From: Catajapyx aquilonaris
Taxonomy: Eukaryota
Assembly (NCBI GenBank): GCA_000934665.2
Contig: JYFJ02001832.1
Span: forward strand, 1-64,000
Direction: 5' to 3'
Length of the DNA stretch: 64,000 nt
Below are positions 51,801-64,000 of this stretch, one piece after another. The translations under genes were made by a program, and so were the position numbers. The notes under the pieces were generated by a model. It was not told where the DNA came from. It searched no databases and saw nothing but the letters and a program-made list of their open reading frames with translations. Every line of letters starts with the position of its first letter. Position 1 is the stretch's first letter.

Positions 51801-54800
51801 CAGAGATCAAATTTTTCACCATTTTCCAGTACTAAAAAATACGGGGCCATTCCATCAAATATTAGCAGCTGGTCTAGAATTGTTCAAAAGTAACTGCATA
51901 ACAATCAACACAATTATGCAATTTTTTACACCAACCATCACAGACAGTGAATTCTCGAAACAACTACAGGTAGGCTATAAGGAGTAAGCTACTGCCTCCT
52001 TCTAATATCAATAAGAAATCTTTTAATTCTCCTGGGGTTATCTGTAATCCAGAAGCCTTGAATTGAAAAAGAAACATTCCCGTGGCGGTTTTAAGCTAGA
52101 AAATTCGCAAATTTGTGATTTTCCAACCTGGATTTCACAATTGGGATTAAGTAGGCAAACACCTAGTTTCAATTTTTCAACTATTACTATGAGAAACACA
52201 CACTAACAACATAAGGGGGCATGGTGGTCTAGTGGCCATGCTACTGGCCAGCCAAGCGGGAGGTCAGGGTTTCAAATCCCGTCACCTCTGCTTGGTCGGG
52301 TCTTATTCCCCTTTTCACCTGACATGTCCATGCAGATGCGCACTCCCTTCTCTGCCCAGGGTCAGGATAAAAGGTCTGGTATTTAAGGACTACACATGAC
52401 TAGAAACTATTTAAGAGCACCCTCCCTTGGGAACCTCCCCTTCCCCCCACACCCATGGACCAGGGCTTTGCAGCAGCAGGATGTATTGTATGTATGCGAT
52501 TAAAATAAAGGTCCGTGTAATACCTCATGTGAGGTCCACCCAATATAAATACAGGGTGGACCAACTTCAAGTGTCGTTTTATAACGGCTATTAATAGAAG
52601 CGCTATACGATTGACGTAGCAGCGACGTGTTAAATGTCCCACTTCGGCGCCATCGAAAATATTAGCTGCCAATATTAGCGTACATGTAATGAACCTGCTG
52701 CAATGAGTGCAACCACATGCGGCACCAATGCCAATCCGGCAGTCCGCAAAGAAGGCATTTCACCCAGGCGTGTATCTCAGGTCATGTGTGCACCTACTTT
52801 TTTCCAGGTCAACACAGCAGCAGGGTTGATTACATGTGTGCTGCTATTGGCAGCTAATATTTTCGATGGCGCCGAAGTGGGTCATTTTACACGTCGCTGC
52901 TACGTCATCGCAAAATCACTGCTATTAATCACCGTTATAAAACGACACTTGAAGTTGGTCCACCCTGTATAACAAACACACTCTAACAATTATTGCGATT
53001 CACACCAAAATGATCCCCAACAGATCCTTTTAAAATATTTGACAAATCTCACTTTTCAAATGTGGACTTCATTCCAGGTAAAAGAGTACTGTATTGGTAT
53101 TTATTAGCCCAGCGAGCTGCAAGGTCCTTTTGGGGGTACTTCACCATAATACATATACAGTAAAACTTCCATAAGTTGAACTTCCCTAAGTCGAAGTTCT
53201 CTATATGTCGAAGAAAATGATGAGCTTGGTTGGTCACATGTAAAATAATAGGAAATAAACTTCCCTAACTCGAATTTCTACAACTCGAAGTTCTCCATAA
53301 CTCGAAGTGTAGGCAGGGCCTTACGATGGGATATCAATGCATTGTCAGTCTCCCTAAGTCGAAGTTCATGTTGGCGAGTACAGAAAATTTTCTCATTTCC
53401 CAGCCGAAGGGTTGAGAGTAGGCCACATGTACAGAAAGGCTCAATTTCCTGATCTCCGTCTATCTACCGAAAGAAGTGTTTGACTCGATTATGACAATTG
53501 AATCTTTGAATCTAAGAGTACGGTAGGCAAATATCCATAACGGAGTTTTTTTTACACCAAAACAATGAGGAACATTGTAAGTGTGATAGTGACAGTTATT
53601 TTTAAGTTTTGAAAACCTTTCGTCGCTGGATATAAGGGTAGGCTTCCTTATAGAGTTCTGTGCTTTAGAAAATCCAAATTTCTCTAACTCGAATCTTCTA
53701 GAAGTTTTTTCCGGGTCCCATGGAGATTCGACTTATGGAAGTGTACAGGCTGCCTTGATTTACAATTGTATCCAATATTATTGTCATTACAAGCTTAAAA
53801 TAATCGTAATTATTATTCAATGTAGAGCCTCCTGACCCCCTTCACTATCTTTGGATGCAGAAGGTTAGGTAATACTACATAGAGAGAAAGGCTATATATA
53901 AATTCCTTGCCAGATACCTCCTGTCCATCACCTCAATTAATTGGATTTCCATTCAGGGCTGTAACACTTATTTTTGTGTGCACTATGCCCATACAGAGGG
54001 CACACAAAAGTATGCCCTACACAGGCATTCTTAAATGATTAGCATGTCAGAAAAGACTGCAAGGACAGGTCTCTGTTTATAAACAACAAGGTATTTGACC
54101 ATTGTCTGGCTTGTTTTTTCCTGCAGTTCAACTGTCAGTACGTCGTATAATAATTATGCCTGCATAGATTAGTGATATGTGGTATTTAATATGGCACTAC
54201 ACCGAGGAGCATGAGGGGGGCCTAACTCGCGGCCAATCGCCAGGTAAACTTATAGTACTCACAAAACTAATATAGGGATGTGCAATGAGTTTTTGGCTCC
54301 GTTGCGTAGTTAATGCGTATGGCACCCTTAAAGGGACACTCCACTCAAAAAACAAGTTTGGATCTAAAAATTGGGCAAAAAATCCTGAATCCGAAGGTGC
54401 AATCCGTTTTTCGCTACGCGAAACGGTAATCCCAGGGCAAGGGGTTCAATTGGGGAAGTTCAAATAGAGCGCTAGAAGCTGGCCGTCCGCCAGCGACGCC
54501 CTCGGGACCTTGGGAACTGGAGGGCTGCTCCTGCCTGCCCGCGCACTTAGGCCCATCCCAGAGCGGTGCAGCCCTCCAGTTCCCCTGTTCCCCGCGTGGC
54601 GGCGCCGCTCATTAGCAGACGACACACTTTGACACGTCGCCCTGGGATTACCGTTCCGCATAGTGAAAAACGAATTGCACCGTCGGATTCAGGATTTTTT
54701 GCCCGATTTTCAGAGTCAAACTTTTTTTTGAGTGTAGTGTCCCTTTAATGTGTAGAGGGCCGGATGGTGGAATATAAGGCAAAAACGACAAAGTACATGG

Positions 54801-55173
54801 GTGTCGTACCCGGTTTCTTACTCTAATGGGATTTCATCGCCTGTTGCACATGGACGATGTGTTAGGGGACCAAGGCAAGGACCGGAGGCCCTCGAACTGA
54901 CTTTTGCTCCTTAGAAGCTGGCGGAACGGACATGACGTCACGAAACTTTGACGGCGAGGTACACATTAACTATGCAACAGATCCCAAAACTAATTGCACA
55001 TCCCTATATTAGTTTACGAGTATTATCAGTCTACCTGGCGATTGTCTGCGAGTTTCCCTTCACCCTGTAGATCAGATGCTACAATCGGCCACCTGGGAAT
55101 AACTGGGCACCTGAATCAGGGTGCAACAAGTAACACAAAAATAATAGTGATAACTATACAACAACAATAATAA

Positions 55174-55263
<90 letters not shown>

Positions 55264-57341
55264 TAATTCATACCCCCATCGGCTCTTTATGGGGGAAGTT
55301 TTGTTTTTGCCTGGAACTCTTTGCTTTCATTTTACTGCGCTTTTTGGGATAGGATAGGGACGGATATAATAGTGATAACTAAAAATGACCATGATTCCTA
55401 GAACACACTGTATAATTGGCACACCTCAATTTTCTTATCAAAGGGCCTATTTTCCAGGTTGATAAAAAAACTGCCAGATACCAAAGAATCAAGACTTTCA
55501 GTGTAATTGGTCTACAGTACAGTCATTTAGAAACATGAAAAATGTAATTTATACAGCAGTACCGTAGTCATCTGAGCTGAAATATCAAAAGTGAACTGTT
55601 ACACATTATGTGATGTTTTACATGACATTTCCACATCATGGACTTGCAACAGTTGATATTTTTGACTAATTTCTGTAGTAATGGTAGATCACTCCCAATG
55701 TTTCATATGATGCATAATCATCCCCTCCATTAACCCCTTTGCTACCAGACAGGCCCAAACCACATAGATTTTGGCTAATGTGTATTCTGTAGATAAGGAC
55801 AAGATATTTTACAAATAATAACAGCTATACTGACCCATTCAGGGAAAACACTTATGTGTCTGGAACAATTTTACTCATCTAGAAGTCCCTAAATTAATTT
55901 CCAAAAAAGGCTATAAAAACTCGAAATTTGAGTCCTGCAGATCAACTGTTAGGCTGATTTAATTATGAAATATGCTAAAATAGACTGAACCACCTTGAGA
56001 ACCATTCCAGACGATTTGCTGATATCGTCGTACTTTGTGAGAAATAAATCAATACACTTATTATAGTACTTATTTGCCGCTTTCTGGCATATTGACAAAC
56101 CCAAAAATTCATTTAGTTCTTGCAAAGTGTCAAAAAGCTGCAAATAAGCATTTATTTCTTGCAAAGTACGACAATTTCAGCAAATTCGTCTGGCATGGCC
56201 ATCAAGGTTGTTGTTCCGTATAATTTAGCGTATTTCATAATTAAATCAGCCTAACAGTTGGTCGACAGTGCTCCAATTTCGAGTTTTTATAGCCTTCGTT
56301 TTGGAACTTAATTTTTGGACTTCTAGACGAGTAAATGTCTTTTCATTGTCTTTTAAAAATTAATTAGCTCCAGTATTGAAAACAAACACATGAGATTATA
56401 TACATACATAACAGCATGCAAAACGCAATAAAAGTGTCCCTATTTACCCCATTTTATGGTACATTGATTAAACTGGTTATAAGTTATTGTCATTGTGACA
56501 ACATTACCTGTGATAAATGCTAAAGTTAGGAATGACTGTACCAAAATTGCAGTTTTGCTAAAAAGGCAGTATTAGCATATGGGATGTATGCATCATGGCC
56601 CACGAATGGAAAAATGCATTAATCTATAGCACTACTTTCAATAAAAAGGTTTCAAGGTTTTGTACTTTAGCTTTCTAGAATGAAGCTAAGGCCTATCTTA
56701 CTTCAGACCTAGGCAGAATGAAACACTGCAATCTCAAGGTTTACATATAAATGATAAGTCAGCCTGCAAACAAAATAATATTGACTTCATATCACTAACA
56801 GCCACAGATAACAGCTCTCTAAATTTAGAAAATATTGGGAACATTGTGTCCAAGATGCAAGTGCAAGCTGAGAACTGGAGTCACTGAAGCAGGTACCACA
56901 TCACACAAAGTATTGCAGTAAGCCAGCCAAGGGTGTCACACTGATTAACTTGTAAAGTGAAATTCAATTTCATTGCATGTCAGTGCTATTTACTGACATT
57001 GTATTCATAAAAAATAAAACCCAAGGCAATGGGGTGCCAGGAATGAATGTCAGTTTCAGGCAAAATAATACAGAAGTTATAAATAAATATTTGGTTAATT
57101 TGCAATTATTAATACCATTGGCATGCAGTTACTGAACAACATGGTACTAACACATTAGATGTGGTCTAACAATGAGACAAAAATCAAATATGTCATCATC
57201 TTTGTGATTCATATGGCCATTTTAAATTCATAAAAATTGCTATATCTTATCCAAAAAATTTAGCACCTAAGTGGCGGATTTAGGGCGGTCCGATTGGTTC
57301 GCGTTTTCCTGCACAGGGTGCCAAGCCGAGGGGGCCGTGTA

Positions 57342-57418
<77 letters not shown>

Positions 57419-60400
57419 GGTACTTATTTAAAAGCCTTGCCCATTCCCTGCTCTTGGAGAGCCCTCAAACTCCCCTGACTTAATCCAATCAGTTTTTTAC
57501 CCATTTTAAAAATCTAGCAAAACAGCAACATACCAAAAGCAATTATTGTAAAAATTAGCTGTCTTTGATTGGAGCAGGGGACCAAATTTTGGCCTGGCAC
57601 AGGGTGCCATATTGCCTAGCTCCACCTCTGTCTTCCATACTAACATTTTTTTGGCTTTGGATAAGTCCTCTCTACCCTAGCAAACCCATATCCCATATCT
57701 TAGATAACTGACAATATTTTCCACTAAAGCTTTTTTAAATTCCTTCAATTAAAGCAAGACTGTTCTTTTTGCTAATTTTTTAAAATTGCATTAAAATTTG
57801 TTGTTAAAATAGAGCAGAGTGGCACAGTGGTCTTTTGCATATTAGAAATATTGAATATTTACTTAACTTGGAACCAATTGTTACTAATGAATACTGCACT
57901 TTTGGTAGCCTGGAAATTATATTTAGTCGTAAGTTGAAAAATAGCGTTGAAATGTGGAAAGCTGATATGAATATGTAAAAGGTGTTCAAAGTATGTGGGT
58001 CACTTTAGTTATACTGTAGGAAATGTTGATTGAAGCTGTTATTTTGCATAGCTTGTTGCACCATGATCCAGGTGCCCTATTATTCCCAGGTGGTCAAACA
58101 TAGCAGTTGCTACATGGTATAATAGGGCACCTGGATCAGGGTGCAACAAGCCATGCAAAAATAACAGCTTCAAGCAAAATTTCCTACAGTAAAAATAACC
58201 TGCATACTTTGAACACTGTGTATTTTTATAATTGACAATGACAAGGGATGATCACCATGTGCAGTAGTCCACATGCTGGTTTGGCACCCAAAAAAACAGG
58301 AAGCTCATTCATTGACTCCTCAAACCTGTCCACATAAGTGCAAGTAATACAAGCACAGGCACTGATTTCCACAATAATCTGGCATGTCTTGTGAGAAATA
58401 GTCCACTTCTTGAAAGAATGAAGGTTCATAATTTAACAGAAGCACACAATAATTCTATTCTGAGAGTTTAACAACAGATAGCATAATGGAAAAAAACAAC
58501 ATAATAACTGATCTGGTTCTACACTTATGTATAGGCTATATTCAGATGGTAACAATAATCAAGACTTGGCGACTCCTGTACCCCTGCCTTGAGTATTCAT
58601 CCAAAATTACGTGCCATAATTTTTCAATTTTTAGTGCTGCTATGAAAACACTAATTTGATGGGTGTGGTGGAAAAAGGTGATAACCCACAAAAGTGTAAT
58701 TTTTCAGGAGAGGGAATTGAAGTTTGCCCTCTCTTCACAAATCATATGCTGATTTTGATCTAGTCCATGTGGCCGTCTCGTGCATGATACATGAACTTGG
58801 GAGTATACCAAACTGTTTGTCATGTCTTTTACATAGTTGCTAGGTGTTTAGGTCAAAAATGACAAAAAAGGAGGGTTATCGCCTTTTCACACCACCTCAT
58901 TTGTCAATTTAAAAATCAGGTCGAGCCTTCATTACATTCTTGTTCTAGTGAAAAATTTCTAAATAAGCACATTTACTAGAAACTACAAAAACTGCAATGT
59001 TAAAAAGTGGACCACTGTTGCAGTCCCTCCTATATTGTCTCCTCACGAAAATATCATCACAATTTCACTCCGGGCGAAAATGGTAACACTTTCATTACTT
59101 TACATGTTGCTCAAGCAGTGAGGCATGGAAGACTGGCAGCCTTATCACTTGAAATGCTAGGCAACTACTCACTTTGAACGAGCCTGCATAAAAATAGCAG
59201 CATTGGAAGCCAGTCATCCGTAAGCTTGCTTGCAGCAATGTCCACAATATAGTGCAACTTAACATGCAATCTGATGCCATAAAGATAAGCGCTACCTTTT
59301 GAAAACTTGTGGCCACCACACATTGAAATACTCCATCATATAAATACTTGTTGACACTGCGTACACTGAAACCTTGCGTAAATTCTACAGTACTGTACGG
59401 CTGTACGACCGAAGCAGGTTGGCATAGTGGATAGGGCGTCCGACTGCTAATCGGGAGGTCCAGGGTTCGAATCCCGGGGCTGGCAACCCTGACCGTGGTT
59501 GCCCACGGTCTTTCTAGGATAATTCCGGGGTCGCTTCCGTATATAATAGGCCACAGCCGCTTCCTTCCTTCCCTATCCTTGGAGGTTGAAAGGCAATGCT
59601 GGGCCAACCTCCTTAATATCAATTATAAAGTACTGTACGGCTAATCATTACAGCAAATTTTCTACCACAATATTTGACCCATTGTACACATGACCATATC
59701 CCAAATCCGTATCCCTCCCACCGATGAGGCCATCCGTGCAACCAGAACACACCTTCATTTCACACCTGACCTACCGCTTTCTCATCACTGTGACACCTTT
59801 ACCACACCACACACCCTTCCACATACCTGATCGCCCATCCCCATTCCGATTGTAAATGACTGCACGGGAAGAACCTACTGGCCCATCTCTGCAGGCTGTT
59901 TTGGACCCTTCACCTTCCTTCCACCACCAGAGAATACCAATGAATTGAATGAAACAGCCACGAAGAGAAGACCCCAACAAAACGGTCTGCCTTCCCCACT
60001 TCCCGCGCTGTTGCCAAATGCGGTACACACAGCACACCTGGCGGCCTATTTGCATCGGATGGATTTACACGAGCGTACAATGCACCGCACACTATGTACT
60101 ATTGGCTACGATGGGCTAGGAGTAGACGGGTAACCAATCAGATCCGTTGGGTGTCCTAACATCTCAAATAGTGTTATACCCAGTCGTACCAAAAAAAAAA
60201 AAATGTCATTTTACAGAGTGATAACGGAGGGTGACCGTTGGTGAAGGTCATATTTCATATTTAGCCTCTTTGAGTGGTGTACTGGTGCAACTTGCACGTC
60301 AACAGGTCGGACGCATGGAGCGCGGAATAACTGAATATTTTTGCGGCCACTTGCTGCATGTTTAATTCATGTAGTGCATCAGTCATTTTATGCGAATCAA

Positions 60401-61477
60401 CTTCCCCATCCGTTTCTTGAGGATTTTTTCACCTGGGATTGACGTAGACTACAGTTACGTTGCGAAAAATGCATAGACCGTGTAGTCTCATTTAAAATGA
60501 TGGGACTCCCATTGTAATTAAGTTAATTGTCGAATTTAACCAAAGCAAGTTGGTGTGGTCAGGGAGCATATAGACCTACTACATAAGAGGCGCAAACTTC
60601 TGTCGGCGCCTTTGATGTCCGCGTCTCTCTGTTTGGAACCTTTGCCAAGGCTGGCGGCCATTTTGAAGTGTGGGGAACGCCAACGAGGTATAAATGGGGT
60701 ACAGTCAAAAATAGGGTCCGCCATCTTTGATGGTTTTGGCGGCCATGGCAACTACACGGCAAGAACACGCGCGAATCAAAGATGGAGGGCCCTCTTTTTG
60801 CCTGTACCCTATTTATACCTCGTTGGCGTTGCCCACACTTCAAAATGGCCGCCAGCCTTGGCAACGCCCCAAACAGAGAGACGCGGAAATCGAATGTTTG
60901 CGCCTCTTATGTAGTATATGCTCCCTGGTGTGGTGGTTAAGGAGCCCGACTGCTAATGGGAATGTCCTGGGTTCGAATCCCGGGGCCGGAAACCCTGACC
61001 ATGGTTTTCCACTGTCCCCCCAGGATAATTCCGGGGTTGTTTCCGTATAAGCCACAGCCGCTTCCTTCCCTATCCTTGGCCACATCCAATGGTGGTACTC
61101 CACCCCCCTAATAGAGAGCCTATTCTCCCAATGGGGTATAAATAACAAAAATTAATTGTCGAATTAAATATTGAAAAGGAACTGACCGGAAGAAATCAAT
61201 TAGTCCATGACCTGGATTTGACCAATTTTATAGGACGAGAATTTCAGGACAGAAACTTGTTCAATGCGTGATGTACAGTCGCGAGCATAAAGATGTGGAC
61301 GGACTAATGCTCGGTGAAATTGCCCGTGACCAACATTACCCATAAGCCATAACTGACCTTTTCTGTGGAAGACGATGACGAGCCAGCAGCTGCTAGTGAT
61401 CCTAAATCACCTTCTTCAGCATCAGTGTCCGGTGAATCCAATTCCTTGTCCGAAAGAGTGGCTTCGCTCACGTCCAT
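44317..61477 (-). CDS. BCH (BNIP2/Cdc42GAP homology) domain protein, BNIP2/Caytaxin/PRUNE2-like; exons 61477(or 61529)-61358, 51553-51301, 50937-50845, 50236-48749, 48499-48126, 47956-47835, 45261-45043, 44970-44872, 44356-44317; about 935 aa
   Basis: C-terminal exons give [48 protein letters not shown]...[48 protein letters not shown]...[30 protein letters not shown]...[11 protein letters not shown], a typical BNIP2/BCH domain. All junctions are GT-AG and in phase. The 5' exon and start codon are less certain. Confidence 0.9.
45491..45852 (+). mobile_element. tRNA-derived SINE with (TAT)n tail
   Basis: TGGCGCTGCGG A box, GGATCAAATCC B box-like motif; TSD TCCC(A/G)ATTATCTG. Confidence 0.75.
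46052..46816 (-). mobile_element. Internally deleted Tc1/mariner-superfamily transposon with transposase pseudogene
   Basis: ~95-bp TIRs TA|CAGGGTGTTCCAG; N-terminal HTH ([22 protein letters not shown]) joined directly to WGYLKEKVY and the C-terminal [11 protein letters not shown]; catalytic core missing; frameshifts. Confidence 0.92.
52216..52500 (+). mobile_element. tRNA-derived SINE family C
   Basis: TGGTGGTCTAGTGG ... GGTTTCAAATCC; homolog of 2912-3190. Confidence 0.65.
52552..52967. mobile_element. Tc1/mariner-type MITE
   Basis: TA|CAGGGTGGACCAACTTCAAGTGTCGTTTTATAACGG ... CCGTTATAAAACGACACTTGAAGTTGGTCCACCCTG|TA; ~150-bp TIRs. Confidence 0.88.
53158..53746. mobile_element. Tigger/pogo-like MITE
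   Basis: TA|CAGTAAAACTTCCATAAGT ... ACTTATGGAAGTGTAC; repeated internal TAA(C/G)TCGAA motifs. Confidence 0.7.
54224..55054. mobile_element. TIR element hosting the Kolobok-like MITE
   Basis: AACTCGC..CAATCGCCAGGTA..AACTAATATAGGGATGTGCAAT / ATTGCACATCCCTATATTAGTTT..TACCTGGCGATTG..GCGAGTT. Confidence 0.7.
54332..54744. mobile_element. Kolobok/T2-like MITE, complete copy
   Basis: TTAA|AGGGACACT ... AGTGTCCCT|TTAA; ~105-bp TIRs. Confidence 0.85.
55175..55265. repeat. (AAT)n microsatellite (another at 57343-57418)
   Basis: Read directly. Confidence 0.95.
55870..56335. mobile_element. Fold-back MITE
   Basis: TTTACTCATCTAGAAGTCC ... GGACTTCTAGACGAGTAAA; ~180-bp arms. Confidence 0.75.
57980..58218. 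mobile_element. Palindromic MITE; related fragment about 55085-55135
   Basis: GTGTTCAAAGTATG..ACTGTAGGAAAT ... ATTTCCTACAGT..CATACTTTGAACAC. Confidence 0.7.
59403..59628 (+). mobile_element. tRNA-derived SINE family B
   Basis: TGGCATAGTGG A box, GGTTCGAATCC B box, 14-bp TSD AGTACTGTACGGCT. Confidence 0.88.
60540..61151 (+). mobile_element. SINE family B interrupted in its A box by a fold-back MITE
   Basis: TSD TTAATTGTCGAATT; head and body homologous to 59403-59582. Confidence 0.82.
60560..60927. mobile_element. Fold-back MITE with 7-bp TSD
   Basis: GTGTGGT|CAGGGAGCATATA ... TATATGCTCCCTG|GTGTGGT. Confidence 0.85.
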
Positions 61478-64000
61478 TCGGTCATCAGAAGGCGGGTCGT
61501 TCTGACTTCCTGTCTCACCTCCGTTTTCACTGAAACATTATGTCACATGTTATCTACCCCTATTTTTACATATCTGCACATGTTATCGTTCATCTAGTTG
61601 CCTAATGATGGTCTGGTGTAAACATGGTTGAGATAGTGCTAGTTGATGATAACTATATAATTGTGAGAAGGAAAACTTCGGACTTCCGGTGAATCTTACT
61701 TCCGCACGCGTATTCATTAGTGGGCTGGAAAAATGCATCCGTGAGTTTCATGGGAAGATAGACACGAGAGAAAACTGCTACATTTTCCTCCATATTGGAG
61801 AAAGTCGACAAAAGAGCGAATCCATATATGGTACCGTAAATGAAATACTAGCAGGTAAATGAACTTGACGCATCTGCAAATGTATGCGTGTACTCGCTGT
61901 GAAATGAGTCCAAAGTGCAAAAATTAAACATGCAAATGATTGGCCTTGGCACCAACTGTACCCGCTTCAAGGGATGGCACACAATGTCTTTCTCTTTGAT
62001 CAATAGCACCAACTTTCTCTTCTTTTGTAATCGGTCGGATCATCTCCGATCCGGACTGGCTGAATTCAAAATAATGTGACTTATCACACAATACGCACCG
62101 GTGTGTACGGAAGTACAGTGAGTTGGGGAATAAATTTGACTGCAATTAAGCACGCGGTCATTAAACCCTAGGTTGCCAGCTCGCAACCCGCCTATATATT
62201 CATGAAGGTTCCATTTACTCTTTATGAGAGAGTGATTCGTTTTTCCACAACCTATCCCAGACACTGTAACTGATATATCAATTTCGACGAATATGATCAT
62301 CTAAATGGCATTTTCAAGGCTCGACGAGCCCCAGACGTATAGTGAAATTGATCCGACTGTCACACTTTAGAAGCTTTCTACCAAACGGACTATAAAAGCA
62401 ACGTTTGATGGGGCTTGTTAAGAGCCAATAAATCCAACCAGACAGGGTGTGTCACATGAATTGGAATGTAGTCGCAAACTTAGAATCAAGCAGATTGGCA
62501 GTGGGTTTCAGTACGACCTACATATCTACGCTCCTTTTCCTGACCCACCTTTCACACAAGTTTTCAAGGAAGGCTTAGAAGCACCCCCAGCAAACTAATG
62601 TACTTATTTGGCCATGCTCGATGCTACAACAATTTTGTATTCTTGCTACATAATGATTACAGTATTACGACACAAAAAAAGGCCGCATGTGTGCAGTTGA
62701 TAGGGCAAGGATGTGGCAAACTGCATCAAGCTGCTATAGAGATATCACAGGAAGAGTAGATCGATTCAATGCCTGAGGGATATACAGATAATGTAACTCA
62801 ATTCGTATTTAAGCCTATGATGTCCTATGCATATTTTCTAGTCAAACCAATTTTTTCTCCTCCCCTTATCCTCCTGAGACCCCTGGTACAGTATACTGTA
62901 CCTTTGTTTTTTCCAGCACCTTCTGACTAACTCAAACGCGTAAAAAAGAACAAAAACAAAGGTGATTGAAAGGTGTACTAGGGGTCTCAGAAGGTTAATA
63001 AAATATGCATGTTGTATGGTATGCGAGTTTCTTATTTGTTGCCGGCCTGAAATATGGAGAAAGGGTAGCGTTTGCATAATTGACGGCAAACTTGAAATCA
63101 GGTGTGCTTGGTGGGAAGTTGTAGGAGTTGGTGTGGGATTTAACCTGAGTGACCTCCTAAACCTTAGCTAAAAAGGAGTCATCGACCAAAGGGGAAAGTG
63201 GGGTGGATCACTAGAATATGCACAGGGGAGCAACGTATCCATGGAGACTCCACAAAATGACTATTTTATATGTGCCTGGTGCTAATATGTTCATCTCCAA
63301 CTTGGTTCAAAACAGTAGGGGAGGGGTTGGAATTAAGCTTCCTATTGGCTCGAATAATGCATAAAACGCGTTGCGGACTAGATGGTGTGATTGCCACGAG
63401 ACATTCTGGCTCTTGATTGATTACAGCTAGTCACGAATAGGGAAACTGAAATCAATCGAGGTTAAGAAACTTGGACCCATCTGTTAATACTTAGCTAGTC
63501 TTACATTGTTACGTAATTGTCATGATCGCGGTCCGTTCTGGAGCAAAAATTTTTTATCGCGTGTTCGGCATAACCTTGGAACTTGGGCGTTAATTGCGGG
63601 CTTTTCAGCCGTACTGTACGCATGGTTAAAATCAGTGTCATAATATTGACCAAGTTCCGTGCGTTTTCCCAATCCACATGATCCGGCAAAAGGGGTTTTC
63701 GAAAATAAATTTCCGGCTTCCTGTATACTAAATGCATGACCTTGTAGAGACTGAGGTGAGCCGATAAAGCTCCAACAACATGAACTTTAAATGGGGAAGT
63801 GACTCAGTGTTGTTCTTTACTGTAGAGGAGCTGGCAACGCGAGAATTCCATAAACGTTAATGGTCAGGAAAAAGTGGTACAGTAAACATCGTCGGAATGT
63901 CCTATTTACCCTGCAGTGCACTCTTATGAATGAAATTCCGTCAAGTACAACCAAACAATGGCAATACCCAAATGGAGGATCTGGGTGACGTAACCGGCAA

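Noticed and set aside
59410..59482. tRNA gene (A/B boxes, GGTTCGAATCC); similar at 24735-24810, 30521-30595, 38385-38459
   Set aside because: Followed by a SINE body and tail, usually with TSDs; no clean acceptor stem or Pol III terminator.
59095..59622. 175-aa minus-strand ORF as a possible BCH gene exon
   Set aside because: Overlaps the antisense of a SINE, has no recognisable protein features, and is not needed for phase continuity.
61900..64000. CpG-richer stretch with a DRGP motif (63524) hinting at a decayed retroviral integrase or other coding remnant
   Set aside because: Frequent stops and no further conserved motifs recognisable by eye; needs blastx.

Overview
Eukaryotic (arthropod-like, probably insect) genomic DNA, not prokaryotic, so most entries in the supplied ORF track are spurious or run from exons into introns. 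Four spliced genes can be assembled with GT-AG junctions and consistent phase. They are: the 5' six coding exons of Enhancer of Polycomb (minus, continues off the left edge); complete Translin (minus, 5 exons); an MPP6/MPHOSPH6-like gene (plus, 2 coding exons, head-to-head with Translin); and a BNIP2/Caytaxin/PRUNE2-like BCH-domain gene (minus, about 20 kb, with a 1.5-kb symmetric exon and two candidate last exons). Introns and intergenic DNA are packed with non-autonomous DNA transposons and MITEs from several superfamilies (Tc1/mariner, pogo, hAT, piggyBac, Kolobok, Sola, Harbinger-like, possibly P/Galileo). Many are fold-backs and many are nested, and there are several tRNA-headed SINE families. 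The most striking observation is that the MPP6 coding intron is bounded by a ~25-bp direct repeat that supplies both its GT donor and its AG acceptor, the footprint expected of intron gain by insertion or duplication. Superfamily labels rest on termini and target-site duplications (TSDs) read by eye; no database search was run.
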